A DNA stretch of 52,493 nucleotides, the filler included, from Catajapyx aquilonaris (Eukaryota), in NCBI GenBank assembly GCA_000934665.2. It is 2 parts of 2 records of this genome, joined end to end, with 100 filler letters (N's around TTAATTAATTAA, not from the genome) between each part and the next. Parts side by side here need not be neighbours in the genome. Positions count along the whole stretch, not along the records: positions 1 to 26,218 come from KZ539312.1; positions 26,319 to 52,493 come from JYFJ02005240.1. The stretch is one strand, 5' to 3'. The notes under the pieces are model-generated. The model had not been told where the DNA came from and ran no database searches. It worked only from the letters and a program-made list of their open reading frames with translations. How positions within the stretch are numbered: the stretch's first letter is position 1; every line of letters begins with the position of its first letter. The translations under genes and the position numbers were made by a program. Positions 25,069 through 36,787 of the stretch are shown piece by piece.

Positions 25069-25180
25069 GAAATGCAGTTATTATTCACCTATACTACTTT
25101 ACATACAGGCGTAAAGAACTCTCATTTTATCTCAATTCACCATGAAATACTCAGCTTGTAACGTAGAGCGCCGTAAGAAA

Positions 25181-25523
25181 GGGGAGGCGAAGTGGCGCAA
25201 CGGTAACGTTCGCGCCCACGGATGTTAAGGTCCCGGGTTCGATCCCGGCCCAGGGACACCCCTTCATCTCGTGCAGAGTAAAGTGTCGTCTCTGACTTCG
25301 TCTCGGGTGGAATATCCACAGACTAATCCACCCGGGGGAGCTCACAAAACGACATGCGGACAAGGCACTGCACTTGCACATCCCCTCCTGTCATCCCTTC
25401 CTGCCCGTGGGCCCGGGCGATGTAAAAATAGGATTCCAAAACTTGTAACAACACTTTAATAAAGGTCTGGCAGAAAACCCCTAGGGGTACGCCTATCACC
25501 CAATTATATTATTATTATTATTA
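25181..25523 (+). mobile_element. SINE family A, copy 3
   Basis: A box TGGCGCAACGG, B box GGTTCGATCC, (ATT)n tail; 15-bp TSD TAGAGCGCCGTAAGA at 25164-25178 and 25524-25538. Confidence 0.9.
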
Positions 25524-26218
25524 TAGAGCGCCGTAAGACTGCCAGTGCTATACTTGTGAATATATAAAAAATTGTCTAGATTAGAGACTATGCACTCTAT
25601 GGAGAAAAGGAAAGTGTTGTCTTGAAGTACATTCTATACTCTTTCATTTATGTCCAGTTCAATTTTCATTAAAACCAAGTCGTTTCTGTGATAAAAAATG
25701 TTTTTGTCCGACATATCCGATTTGGCCGCCATTTTTTCAAGATGGCGGCTTTTGGGGCCACCGGACAGTGGTAGACTGTGTTGCACCGTTTTCAGCGCCA
25801 TTTTTAAAAACTATAGATTCCGTTGACACGATTTCTGTTGCAGTTTGTTCTAAGTTGAGGCCTAAAATCGCATAATTTGACTGGACTAACTGATCAAGGT
25901 GAATCTTCTAGCACAGGGATATTCAACTGCCGGACCGCGGTCCGGATCCAGACCGCGACGTAATTTTGTCCGGACCGCGACGATATACAGCCATACATGA
26001 CAGTTTGAAATAGCATTAGAAATTACTAATTCATGATTTTTTGGGAAAAGTGCTACCAATTTTATCAAATATCCCACTTTCACTTAAGATCGTGTGACCT
26101 TCAATGGCCCAAGAAAGGTAAATCCCACCAAAAACCTTTCTGTAAAAAAGGCCAAGTTCTCCTGACTGCTTGGCCGTAAAAAGTGGTGAGATCTGAAATA
26201 CGGCCAAGTTCAGCGTCG

Positions 26219-26318
26219 NNNNNNNNNNNNNNNNNNNNNNNNNNNNNNNNNNNNNNNNNNNNTTAATTAATTAANNNNNNNNNNNNNNNNNNNNNNNNNN
26301 NNNNNNNNNNNNNNNNNN
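26219..26318. other. Artificial scaffold spacer (44 N + TTAATTAATTAA + 44 N)
   Basis: Exactly 100 nt with a centred six-frame stop linker. Confidence 0.9.
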
Positions 26319-26709
26319 TCTAGGCCTGGCTGTTCTTGTGATTTTTTCGGCGTTGATGGCTTTTACACTCCACTTCTGGTCACCATGTTGTAGTGTGGTA
26401 AGTAACAAGCACTTGAGATGTAATAATCACTGAGATGTATTAATCACTACTTGATACACTTGGATATTGGCGGAGGGATGTGAGGGTGAGTGTGTCTGAT
26501 CAGGAGGAGGTCTATTGTCTGATCTGGATTGGTTTCTCTCTGGTGATACATCATCTCGCCCGCTAGGCGGCTCTGTATTACAACAGAGTCCCAGATTGTG
26601 AATTCTGTATGTGATTGTTTTCCCAGATCTCCTTGAGGAAATTCCCAGTTCTTCAGCCAAGTAGTTGGCTTCGGCCACAGTTCTTCTCTCCCCTCCCCTC
26701 CCCTCCCCT

Positions 26710-26961
26710 CCCTTCCCTTCCCCCCAACTTGGTAATATACCACTACCAGTTGGCGCATAGGATCCCCCTATGCACACCACTTCCGTGCTTAGGGGGAAAG
26801 TAGTATATTATATAGCACCCTGGTGGGCTTGTCCGCGTGGTGACTCATCACCAACGTGCATGTAGCACTACTTTCCCCCTAAGCACGGAAGTGGTGTGCA
26901 TAGGGGGATCCTATGCGCCAACTGGTAGTGGTATATTACCAAGTTGGGGGGAAGGGAAGGG
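26710..26961. repeat. Perfect 95-bp inverted repeat with 62-bp spacer
   Basis: 26710-26804 is the exact reverse complement of 26867-26961. Confidence 0.95.
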
Positions 26962-28029
26962 TCCCGGCAATAACAGGGGCACAAGTCCAAAAAGTCAATT
27001 TCACAGGAGAGCACTTTGAAATTTGTATAGTGTTGGTATAGTGTTATCATAAATCAGGTATTGATGCAGCATTCGAATAATCAGAATTTTTAATTTTTAA
27101 TTTTTTTAAATCAGAATATGCATTCTGAATGTGCACACGGTCATGGACCCTGCTCTATAGTAATAAGTCAAAATCGTCATTGTTGGACTTGTGCCCCTGT
27201 TATTGCCGGGATGCGATATAACCAGCACGTGTCTCGCCTTCGTTGAGGTGTATCGCAACCTCTCACAATGCTGTAATTATGTCCTCTCATTTTTGAACGG
27301 GGAAAGTCAAAACTATGGTAACTACTACCTAGGCGATGAGTCAGATTGTCTACGGGGAGAGTCATACACCTCAATTCTGTATAATTATGATAGTTGAAAA
27401 TGTCGGTTTTTGCAGATATTTTTGGACAAAAAATGAAATTATCCGCTTCCGTAAAGCCTAGAATGACCTTTCCTTTTTTGTTTTATAGCGTTTTTAAAGA
27501 AGCGTTCAACCGTGCCTTACAATTTTAATTCATGCCGTAAGTTTAAGCCTGAGAAATAATTAAAACTATGGATGTGGGATGGTCCTAAACTTTCGGGAAG
27601 GACTGTAGAGGTGAGCGCCCAACTGTATGGTAGAATCACATTTTGCAGTCCGACCACTGGAACATCTGCTCCCGATCGTATCCGTCTGAACCCAACTTAC
27701 AAGCTTATGATCTTTGTAAGTGGAGCATTGTTGAAACAATATTTTCCCTTAAAAAATCCATACATAACCTTGCATACAGGTATAATAATAATCATTGTAA
27801 AAAGTACATTTGGCTGTAGATCGTGAAAGCTACATTTAAACCAGAGAGCACAACATAGTACTATGCATGCCATGTATGACTACTACCAGTTCTTTCCGTG
27901 GTCGCGTGGATTTACTCCGGGGTTCTCCAGTTTCCTCCCACAACCCAAAAACCTGCGTTCCATCCGGTGTCGTGAGCTATTTGAGGTGTCTTCCTTTCCT
28001 GGTTCCTCATGCTTCGTCATAATATTATT

Positions 28030-29164
28030 GAAGACCTCGGGAGAAAAATGATCAAGGTCCACTTTTTGTCACTGAAAAATGAGATACATATTCCATAGGA
28101 TAGTTTCACTAGCTTGGAATATGATTGTTTGGTCGTTGTTGTGGTGAAATGATCCTAGTTCGCCTTGAGAGGCCCTGAAATATTTGGCATTGTTGGAAGA
28201 ACGATCAACGTTCACCCTTGCACTCGGCGACAGTCAACGGTTTTTGCAAATGGGGGCAAAATAAAAACTACACCATCATCAGAGGCCTCGTGTATCATGC
28301 TACAGTTGTTTGTACATAGGTTTCTAACAATCCAAGTGATATTTCCCATTAGAGGTCACAGTTCCAGTCATGGAGTAGTGTGACAAAGATTTTGGCTTGA
28401 TAAACCAGCGTTCTGAAACGTTTGTTCCTTCCTATTGGGCCACGATTTTTGCAGATGCACGTCGAAAGCCGAATCCTTTTTTTGCGTAATTCACACCTAT
28501 AACAACTCTTATGTCTCCAAATGCTCATTTCCTATATTCAGAAAAGCCAGAAAAGCGTACAGATAAGAAGATCCTTGAAGGCGAACCCAAGCTGATCTTT
28601 CACAGGAACACTTTTGATGGGCCATGGGGATCGTCGATTGTTGTGAAGAGGCATGTAGCACCTTCAGGTCAGCCTCGTGAGATGTATCCAGGGCGACCGC
28701 CAATTTCGCAAGCGAAATACAATGCTTTACATGGCCCCATGCCATTGATACCCCATGGTTATCGACATTTTTGTGTGGACCTGCCCTTTGCCACATGTGG
28801 TAGGCCTACTGATGTTGATAAATAAAATCCTATGCTGACAAATGACAATAATATTGATTTTAATTGTTGCATGTATGATACCACATGGTGTGTACAGTAC
28901 TATCGGGTTCAAATACTTTTGGCCACTTTATCCTGGTCTTGAAGCAACCCTTCGCACAGACCCCACGTTAAGGAGGTGAGTGTGTGTGACGGGTTCCTTC
29001 AAGACCAGGATAAAGTGGCCCGATAGTACCATAACAATCCCTTTCAAATCAACGTTGAGATGTAGGCTATACAAAAATAATTGTGGTGAGTCTTCAAAGT
29101 TTGAAATTGCAATATCTCAGTTTCACGTGAGATGGACCTTGATCGTTTTTCTCCCGAGGTCTTC
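28030..29164 (+). mobile_element. Internally deleted Sola1-like DNA transposon with frameshifted transposase relic
   Basis: TIR GAAGACCTCGGGAGAAAAA(T/C)GATCAAGGTCCA; flanks TATT/AATT; motifs GQNKNYTII (28254), FPIRGHS (28342), CDKDFGLI (28379) and C-terminal PISQAKYNAL...IPHGYRHF. Confidence 0.75.
28900..29026. mobile_element. Small TA-flanked MITE nested in the Sola-like element
   Basis: Inverted arms CTATCGGG...CCACTTTATCCTGGTCTTGAAG; TA both sides. Confidence 0.75.
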
Positions 29165-29700
29165 AATTACTCTAGTGAGGAGACGAAAGGTTCTTCGGAG
29201 CCATAAAATCTGACCCGAATGAGCCAGCTACACAAGCAAGTCCCCCGTCCGTCCCTCCGAATATGAATGAATATATTCATAATACTTACATATTATATGG
29301 ATGCCATGGTTGATTTCATATCCACAGCGTTCATTTTCTTTTTGCGGAGCCCATTTAACGATGTTGAAGATACACAAGTATCTTTTCAGCCTATTATGAT
29401 AACATTTCCGTAAATAATCAAGAGTAGTCCAATATAAAAGTGACCCAAATTATTTTATAGTCTTATCTTTCATTAATGTAGATTTAACAAGCTAATAATA
29501 ACAGTGCAGTTACGGTTAGGGTTGAGTGGCACTCAATTGTGACGGGATCATAATTCGGCTATTGAACTTCGTGAACGGAACATTATAAGAGAATTGGGTC
29601 CAGATTTCTATTTACTACTTCAATCGCTGCCCAATAATGCTCAAACAGTGTGGCAAAGACAAAAAGCATTCACTGTAGCCAGATGAATAATGTAGGCCTA

Positions 29701-30279
29701 CAGGGTGTTTCAGAGTCACGGGTCAAGCGCGCGCGAGGGGGCGGGAAAAAATCGTAGGTGGCGACAACCCCGGTTGGTTTTATAAAACAATTAGAAATAC
29801 GGCAGTAATCAATTTATTTATTACGACCGTACGGCGTGACGTCACATCCTTTCTGTATTCGAATTGACCGGCGCGGACTGGCAGATACAGTGAACCTGGT
29901 TGAGCGGCTTTTTAGCCTTGCGGGTTGCACTGAAAAAGGCGCTCTCCTGCTACACCGGCAGGGTACTGAACACACCACTGTACAGTACTAGTACACTACT
30001 TTGTACAGTACCCTACCGGTATAGCATGAGAGCGCCTTTTTCAGTGCAACCAGCAAGGCTAAAAACCCGTTCAACCATGTTCAAACCACTGAATCTGCTA
30101 CTCCGCGCCAGTCAATTTAAACAGAAAGTAGGATGTGACGTCACGCCGTACGGCCGTAATAAATAAATTGATTACTGCCGTATTTCTAATTGTTTTATAA
30201 AACCGACCGGGGTTGTCGCCACCTACGATTTTTCCCCACCCCCTCGCGCGCGCTTGACCCGTGACTCTGATACACCCTG
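29701..30279. mobile_element. Almost fully palindromic Tc1/mariner-type MITE (579 bp)
   Basis: CAGGGTG...CACCCTG ends, TA TSD, arms of about 265 bp; shorter derivative at 6542-6719. Confidence 0.9.
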
Positions 30280-30684
30280 TATAGTAGGCTACAACACTAA
30301 ACCTCAACTCCCCTCGTGAAGGAAGGGGAGATAATTGTGGAAGGGTGGGTAGGCATGGCGAGGATGGAATTCACTAGGCAATTATTGTTTCACCTACAAT
30401 GCCAGTACCAAACAAAATGTGCCCTATAACAAGCAACAAGAGTGCACAAAACTTGTGCGGGACGCGTACTTAAGAGTAACATAAATTAAACTTTGAACAA
30501 CCCGCCTCTTCATCCCTTACGCCTGGCGACGTTCCTAATGGGCTCAGTTGTGTATCAACATTAAGGCAAGACAGAGCATGCAGGTTCCACATTGCACAGT
30601 GCAGTTGTTACACGCACGATGCAGGTGCACCAGCAGTAAGGGTGAAGAGAGCAGAGTGCAACATGATGTGTGTGTGGGGGTGTG

Positions 30685-30946
30685 GGCGCGTATTGCTATC
30701 CTTGTGAGGAAATTTTTACGCGTTTTTCCTATCCTTGTGAGGAATTTTGTCATTACGAGGTAGTTTTCCTGCACCTCATAGTGAACACACGCCTCACAAG
30801 GATAGGGAAAATCGAAAAAATACCTCATAAAGACAGTAAAATATATTTCACCAAAATTTGGTGCGTTTCCTTGTAGGTTAGGTTAGGTTAGGTTAGTTTT
30901 AAATTTTATATTTTGGAAAAACCTCACAAGGATAGGAATGCGCGCC
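30685..30946. mobile_element. TIR element embedded in (GT)n with internal (TTAGG)n
   Basis: 25-bp TIR GGCGCG(T/C)ATT(G/C)CTATCCTTGTGAGG; TGTG flanks; internal repeats of CTATCCTTGTGAGG; TTAGG run near 30875-30896. Confidence 0.75.
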
Positions 30947-30968
30947 TGTGTGTGTGTGGGTGTGTGTG

Positions 30969-31285
30969 TACTGGTCTTCAATTAGCTCTGGGGACGGAAA
31001 TGGGAGTTTTAACTGTAACTGTGGGGACATTTTCAAATTGTGGGGACATTTCTGGTCCCCACAATTGATTTCACCTGTTGGGTCCAGCTTTAGTGGGGAC
31101 ATGTCCCCACAATTGGGTCACTTTATAAACCATTTATCTCAGCCTAGGTTAGTTAGGGTAGGATAGGTTAGGTAGGATATGATAGGTTAGGTTGGGTTAG
31201 GTTGTGTTAGGTTAGGTTAGGTTAGGACAAACTAGGTTTCAAAAGTTGTGTTAGCCATGTCCCCACAGCTAATGGCGTGCAAACA
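30969..31285. mobile_element. Second (GT)n-embedded element with degenerate TTAGG array
   Basis: Subterminal IR ATTAGCT(C/G)TGGGGAC, repeated TGGGGAC/GTCCCCA motifs, TTAGG array 31146-31226, GT runs on both sides. Confidence 0.65.
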
Positions 31286-32508
31286 TATATGTGTGTGCAA
31301 AGAGTGGGGGCGTTCAGTCAACAAGGCCAAAAGATAGAATATGACACGCCTGTTGTTTACAGCCTGGTCCACGGACAATCGGAGTCTTACCTGTGACCAC
31401 ATAAACATAAAGTCAATATAATTATGCAAAATAGTTTCATTCCTCTTAGCTGCTGTAAATGTCATCACGTTATTGGGCTATAATAATTATAAGAGTCCCA
31501 AAGTCATCTATCTGGAGAAAAATAAAGCTACAGAGTGTTCCCGAATTCGTCTCCCAAAATGATATGGGTGGTAGGTGGTGCATATGGAAGAAGCATGCTG
31601 GAATTGGGCCTTTTTCTGGGCCATGCCAGACGCTGAGGTATGGATACATCTACATCTACATGCCTGCGTCGCTGATTGCCAGGTCCAGTCGCTCACACTC
31701 CCAGACCATTGCTCAACCGGCCGTCTCCGGCACCAGCGATGCAGGCATGTAAGGGGTATCCGTACTTGTCAGGATGCATATTATCGTCGATGTCAAAGAT
31801 CGACATCTCCTAGATGTAACGTCGACGACTTTTCGGGCCCATGCCATGCCTTTATCCTTTTGGCAGGCGAATTAGGGAACACGCTGTATAGGGCGGAAAG
31901 ATGAGAACATTATAGGAAATTAGCAATGGCAGAAATATAGGCGACTCATTCAATTTACGTGCACCAGAGGTTTCATCTGAATCGTTATTCTCCAGCAGTG
32001 CGTTTATCTTTTTTCCAAAAAGCAAAAATTCAGTAGAATGTAAGCGGGTCCAATATTTATCCAACACAGATGGGTCCATTTTGCTATTTGGTAAAAGATG
32101 AATCTAAAATGGACTCACGCTATTCTACATCAGTGCGGGCTGAAGTATTTCTCAGCTCTAGGATTGCTTTCTAAGCGCCAAAAATATCGCTGATCGCCAG
32201 GGCACAAAGATAAAATTCTATTAAGTTCATAGGCATTTCAATGTCTACACTTAATGTTATTTTGCTTCTACCGTAATACTCTCTTTTGCGTAGACCGTCG
32301 CGTAGACCGATATATTATTTAGACATACTGTATACTTCTAGAGTCTCACGGTACGCCATGTGCGGGATTGATTTAGATAATATCTCAACCAGTGTCGCAT
32401 ATGAAAAGCAAATGGTTTCACTTAGTGTTATTCAATGTGAAAACTTGAAAGGTACCAATGGCGGTCTGCATGATATAATGCGACAATGATTCTTTTAAAA
32501 CTAATATG

Positions 32509-33579
32509 CAGGGTTCGGAAATTTAATCTACTGTCGCTTTGGGAAATGATAGAGGGGTTCTAGAAGATCACTTTGAGTATATGCAACATGGGTCTCCGAC
32601 GCATAGTTACCGAGATAATTAGTATTGAATAAAAAGTGCATTTTCCCAGCTTATAGGTTTCGGATACTGCTTACGACACTTCCATCGCCTAGGACATTCC
32701 CTGATACACCTAACAGGATCGTGAATTAAAATTAAACAACATGGTGACACCTTAAAGGACCTGTTCAAAGTTATCCTGGCAAAGAAAGGCCACCCACATG
32801 GCTCAATGATTCGTGTCAATTAGATTGGAGCAGATCACTGAAACTTGGCAACGCAGGGGAGTTGGATCAAAATGTTGCTGTCCAGCCACTCTAATATATG
32901 TCATTCAATGGAAGAATGCTTCTAAAGGGTGACCTTCATCAGTTTGGAGAAAGAGTTCGCCCTTGTTTTCCAACGCACGCCATCCTGAATTCGCCCCTCG
33001 GGCTCCTCTCTCTCTTTTAGGGGAGAGTGAGAGAGAGGAGAGGGAGAGATACGCGATTGGGCAAACGTGTGATATCTCGATGGGGCTTGCATTTCGCATA
33101 TCGGTTCCCTGAGGCGGCATTTGTCTCACACGAATATTCTTACAACATTTTTACGGGGTAAATACCACACGAGTTTTCCTGCCTCTAAAAGGAACTAATA
33201 AAACAGTTCACCACGTGACAACATGTTTTGATTCCTACCAAGGCCGCTAGGTAGCAACCCCTACCACATCAAAGATACAGTCAGTGGCGAACACAGCGGC
33301 CTTTAACGTAAAACTAGGTGCATAGATTATACACTACAAGATGCGCAAGATGGTTGCCGTTTAGGTAGCGGGGCTACTTGAACAGGTCCTTTAAATGAAA
33401 ATGGTAACGTCGCGTGGAGGGAAGCATACGTGCCAGGATATTTTACACCTTGTGCTTGAAGGACATTATCTCGGCAACTATGCGTCGGACACCCATGTTG
33501 CATATACTCAAAGTGATCGCCTAGAACCCATATAATGATCATTTCCCAAAGCGACGGTAGATTAAATTTCCGAACCCTG
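32509..33579. mobile_element. Older Tc1/mariner-type non-autonomous element with about 110-bp TIRs
   Basis: CAGGGTTCGGAAATTTAATCTAC...GTAGATTAAATTTCCGAACCCTG|TA; a further inverted block TTAAAGGACCTGTTCAA inside. Confidence 0.8.
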
Positions 33580-33619
33580 TATAATACTAGGGAACAAAAT
33601 TGAACTTTTTTTTTCTGGC

Positions 33620-34505
33620 CCATGTATATACATGAATGTGCGATTCCTATTGTATTCTTTGTCCTGATTTTAAACCTGTTAACCATTTCATTGTATCACC
33701 CATAGGTTTTGAGTAATTGGCATTTTATGGTAAAAAGTACTTCATTTGTATCACTGATCAACAAAATTAAAATATTTCCGGCACATGCATACATATACGA
33801 TATGCGACTCTTATTGTATTCTTTGTGCTGATTTCAAATATCTGAACCGATATTTTCCATCACCTACAATTTCTGAGTAATTGGCTTTTTATGGTATCAA
33901 AAAGCCTCTCCTAATGTAGGCTAGAGTCATATACTTTGAAATATATTTGTGAGTGAATAATGCCGACTAATAGGGCCTGGTATGGGCTAAGTATGGATTA
34001 GTTATTATTATGATACCCCCATTGTAGATATACCAAAATCCTCATATGGAATAATGTTTACAAAAATATGCATAAGGTGGCAATGTTCGGTAATTCTATA
34101 AAACAAGGTATACGCTTGTTACAAGAAAATGGATGCCGATATTAAAATTCTGACTTCATATTCACAATCAGCCCCTACTAATAAATGAGAGACACCAAAA
34201 TCCAATGTTTCCAAATAAAAATAACATTGAGCTATGCAAAATAGGCCTACTCTCGGGAGAGTAAGGCCTGTTACAAGAAAATGGATACCGATAGAAATAT
34301 TTTGACTTCAAACTCAGCGCATACTAATACAGTCATAATAAGGAGTGAAAATGGCTTATTTTAACAAAACTATTGTTGACCATATATTAGTCACATTGAG
34401 CAATGTGCAGTGTACTTTCCTCAAAATAAGGTCTGGCTACTACAAAAAAATTGAAGGGTGATGGAAACTACTTTCAGACTTCATATTCGGAATCAGCGCA
34501 TATGA
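33620..34505. repeat. Degenerate 150-170-bp repeat units in both orientations
   Basis: TATTGTATTCTTTGT(C/G)CTGATTT twice (33648, 33811); TACAAGAAAATGGAT...GACTTCA...TCAGC three times (about 34119, 34272, 34441). Confidence 0.6.
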
Positions 34506-35805
34506 ATGCATTGCTCATGTGCCAAAAACCTTGTTGACTAGTGTAATATATTACTGTAGTTCTCGGTTAGGTATTATACTTAACTGAGAAGGGGGGAAAG
34601 AAGAGGTAGTAGAGTTTATTTTTGCTTTAGATAGTGAATACGAACATCATTCTGGTACCTCGGTCATTTGAAGCAATCAACTTCCGAACATACCTTCTAA
34701 TATACTATAGAGAAGTACCGCATAATTATAACAGTAGCTGCTCCACGGGGTTGTGGGGAGAGGAAGGCTTTCCTTTGCCTGCAGGTTTAGTTCTCTCTTG
34801 GCTACTATAGCTATTTCGTCACGATGGAACGGGTGAATCTGACACGGGAACTGTAAGTGTTGTCAATGGAGTTGCTGAATGAAACTTGGCACAATAATAT
34901 GAGGAGCGGAAATTATAAAGGGCGTAAGTGGCAAAAATAAAATTTTCGAGATTATGCACTAAAAGAGCTCTATTGGCCAAGGCCAATACTAATACGAAAC
35001 CTCCAAATGCCCCAGATGGCTCATTTGATAGCAGTAAATCCCCAAAGATAGCCTCCTCAGACCGAAAGTGTTCTATTCAACATACTACATGTTCCAGATT
35101 TTGTGTCTAGGTGTTATTTTGCAATTAGAACAAAAACCCATCCTACACATTTTTTTTCAAAATTCTGCACCATTGTTGACTTAGACTCTTAGAGGACTGT
35201 ATTGCATGCAGTACATTGGGTCTTACAACTTCTGATATAAAGTGTGGTATTGCTAGCAATACAAAATAACTTTCATAACTCAACACCTCTTATTCTGTGT
35301 GATAAAGTGCGAAACAGTGAATGCTGGCATTTAAGAAGGTTGTAAGTGTCATTTTGGCTGTTTTGAGTTGACACTGTAGAAACGTAGCAAATGACCAGCT
35401 GGTTCGAACGGTATAGTCCACCCAACGCTATCCGTTGATTTAGCCGAGAAAAAGCCGAACATTCCAGCAAGAGTGCATTCACTTTGCATGGGATCCACGG
35501 CAGAAAAATACTTCTCCTGAAAAGTTGCCAAAAATCATTTGCAACGTTCTTCCATGCCAGCATTCAGTTACGGAATTGTTGACAAAGAAAAACGTTGAAT
35601 TGGGTACACTTTGTACGCGAGTAAAATTTACAGCTTTTTTCTTGCAAACATGTATCATACACTGTACTCACTACTCCCGATTATCCGGGTGCGGGTTATC
35701 CATGAATCGAAAAAAAAATCAATTAAATTTAAAGTTCGAAAAAAATGTCTATATGTCTCGCTAACAAAGAAATATAACATACTTTTTCTAGAAAAAATTA
35801 ATATA

Positions 35806-36135
35806 CAGTGTGTCTCATCATTTTTGTCCGAACAGTTATCGGAAAATTGCGCGTAGCTGCTACTTTTTAAGCAGTGACTTGCAACAGGTGATATGTCGGA
35901 GGACTGGGGAATGGGGAAAAAGAGGGTCACACATCCCATAGCATGTGTGGTCCTCTTTTTTTCCAGGCCTGACGCTCAATTTTCAGCGGGCAGCACGTAT
36001 GCCACTTCAAGCTACGATTCGCAGGGAATATTCCCCGTTCCTCCGAAAAATCACTGTTTGCAAGTCTCTGCTTAAAAGTAGCAGCTACGCGCAATTTTCC
36101 GATAACTGTTCGGTCAAAAAAGATGAGACATCCTG
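35806..36135. mobile_element. TA-flanked MITE inside a Tigger/pogo-like relic (about 35660-36316)
   Basis: About 85-bp arms CAG(T/G)(G/A)TGTCTCATC...GAACAGTTATCGGAAAATTGCGCGTAGCTGC; host has repeated GATTATCCG motifs. Confidence 0.8.
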
Positions 36136-36787
36136 TATATAGTAAGTATTATGATTTTGATTAAACCTGAGTTAAATCAGCATACACTATCATACATGAA
36201 AACCTGTGAATAGATCATTTTTACGGTATCAACGACCATTTTCTGATTATCCGTGGTTTCCGATTATCCGGGGACACCAGTGCATTCATTAGCCCTGATA
36301 ATCGGGATTACAATGTATTTCAATTTTTTTTCTTTTCGTGTCCGAGATGTCAAGGGAATAAGCAATACAGAAGTTGCTTAAATATTGTATTTTGGCCCTG
36401 TTTATTCTTTGGACCTTTTCTCCTAGTTAACTCTTACAATCATGAACAGTCATTTTGTAGCCTGTAATGGATATGGTCAACCATAAGTGCCACACAAAAC
36501 CCATATTCGCATGATAATAATGTTAGTATGAGATTCTGGCACTTACCCCCTTAATGAGGGAATGCCCCATGGCACATACCCCTTTCTTGTTTCGTCACAT
36601 TTGGCCGTAGATTTTTATTATAAAGCAGTGGTATATGTTCACCACTATTGCATCCGGCCAAGGCCCTTGATTGCCAAGTCATAATCACCAAGAAAGTAGA
36701 ATTTCGGATAGGACACAAAAAAAATCGATTTTTCTCAGCTTCAAAAATATGGGACTTACCCCCTTTATCATTTCCACTCTTCATATA

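Larger units (their letters stand above)
23206..25626. repeat. Diverged inverted duplication (arms 23206-23687 and 24407-25626; right arm carries two SINEs)
   Basis: Arms align from TTCAAGACAACACTTTCC to TCTACTTTCCAC; each includes a Tigger-like end (TACAGTA(C/G)ACTCC) plus about 230 bp of flank. Confidence 0.9.

Noticed and set aside
25181..25255. tRNA-like sequences (also near 700-760, 7290-7350, 15150-15225, 19841-19925, 25000-25068, 43360-43405)
   Set aside because: A/B boxes are followed by shared bodies and, in most copies, tails and TSDs; these are SINE heads, not tRNA genes.
31146..31226. TTAGG array as a true telomere or chromosome fusion site
   Set aside because: Short, degenerate, single orientation and enclosed by element inverted repeats.
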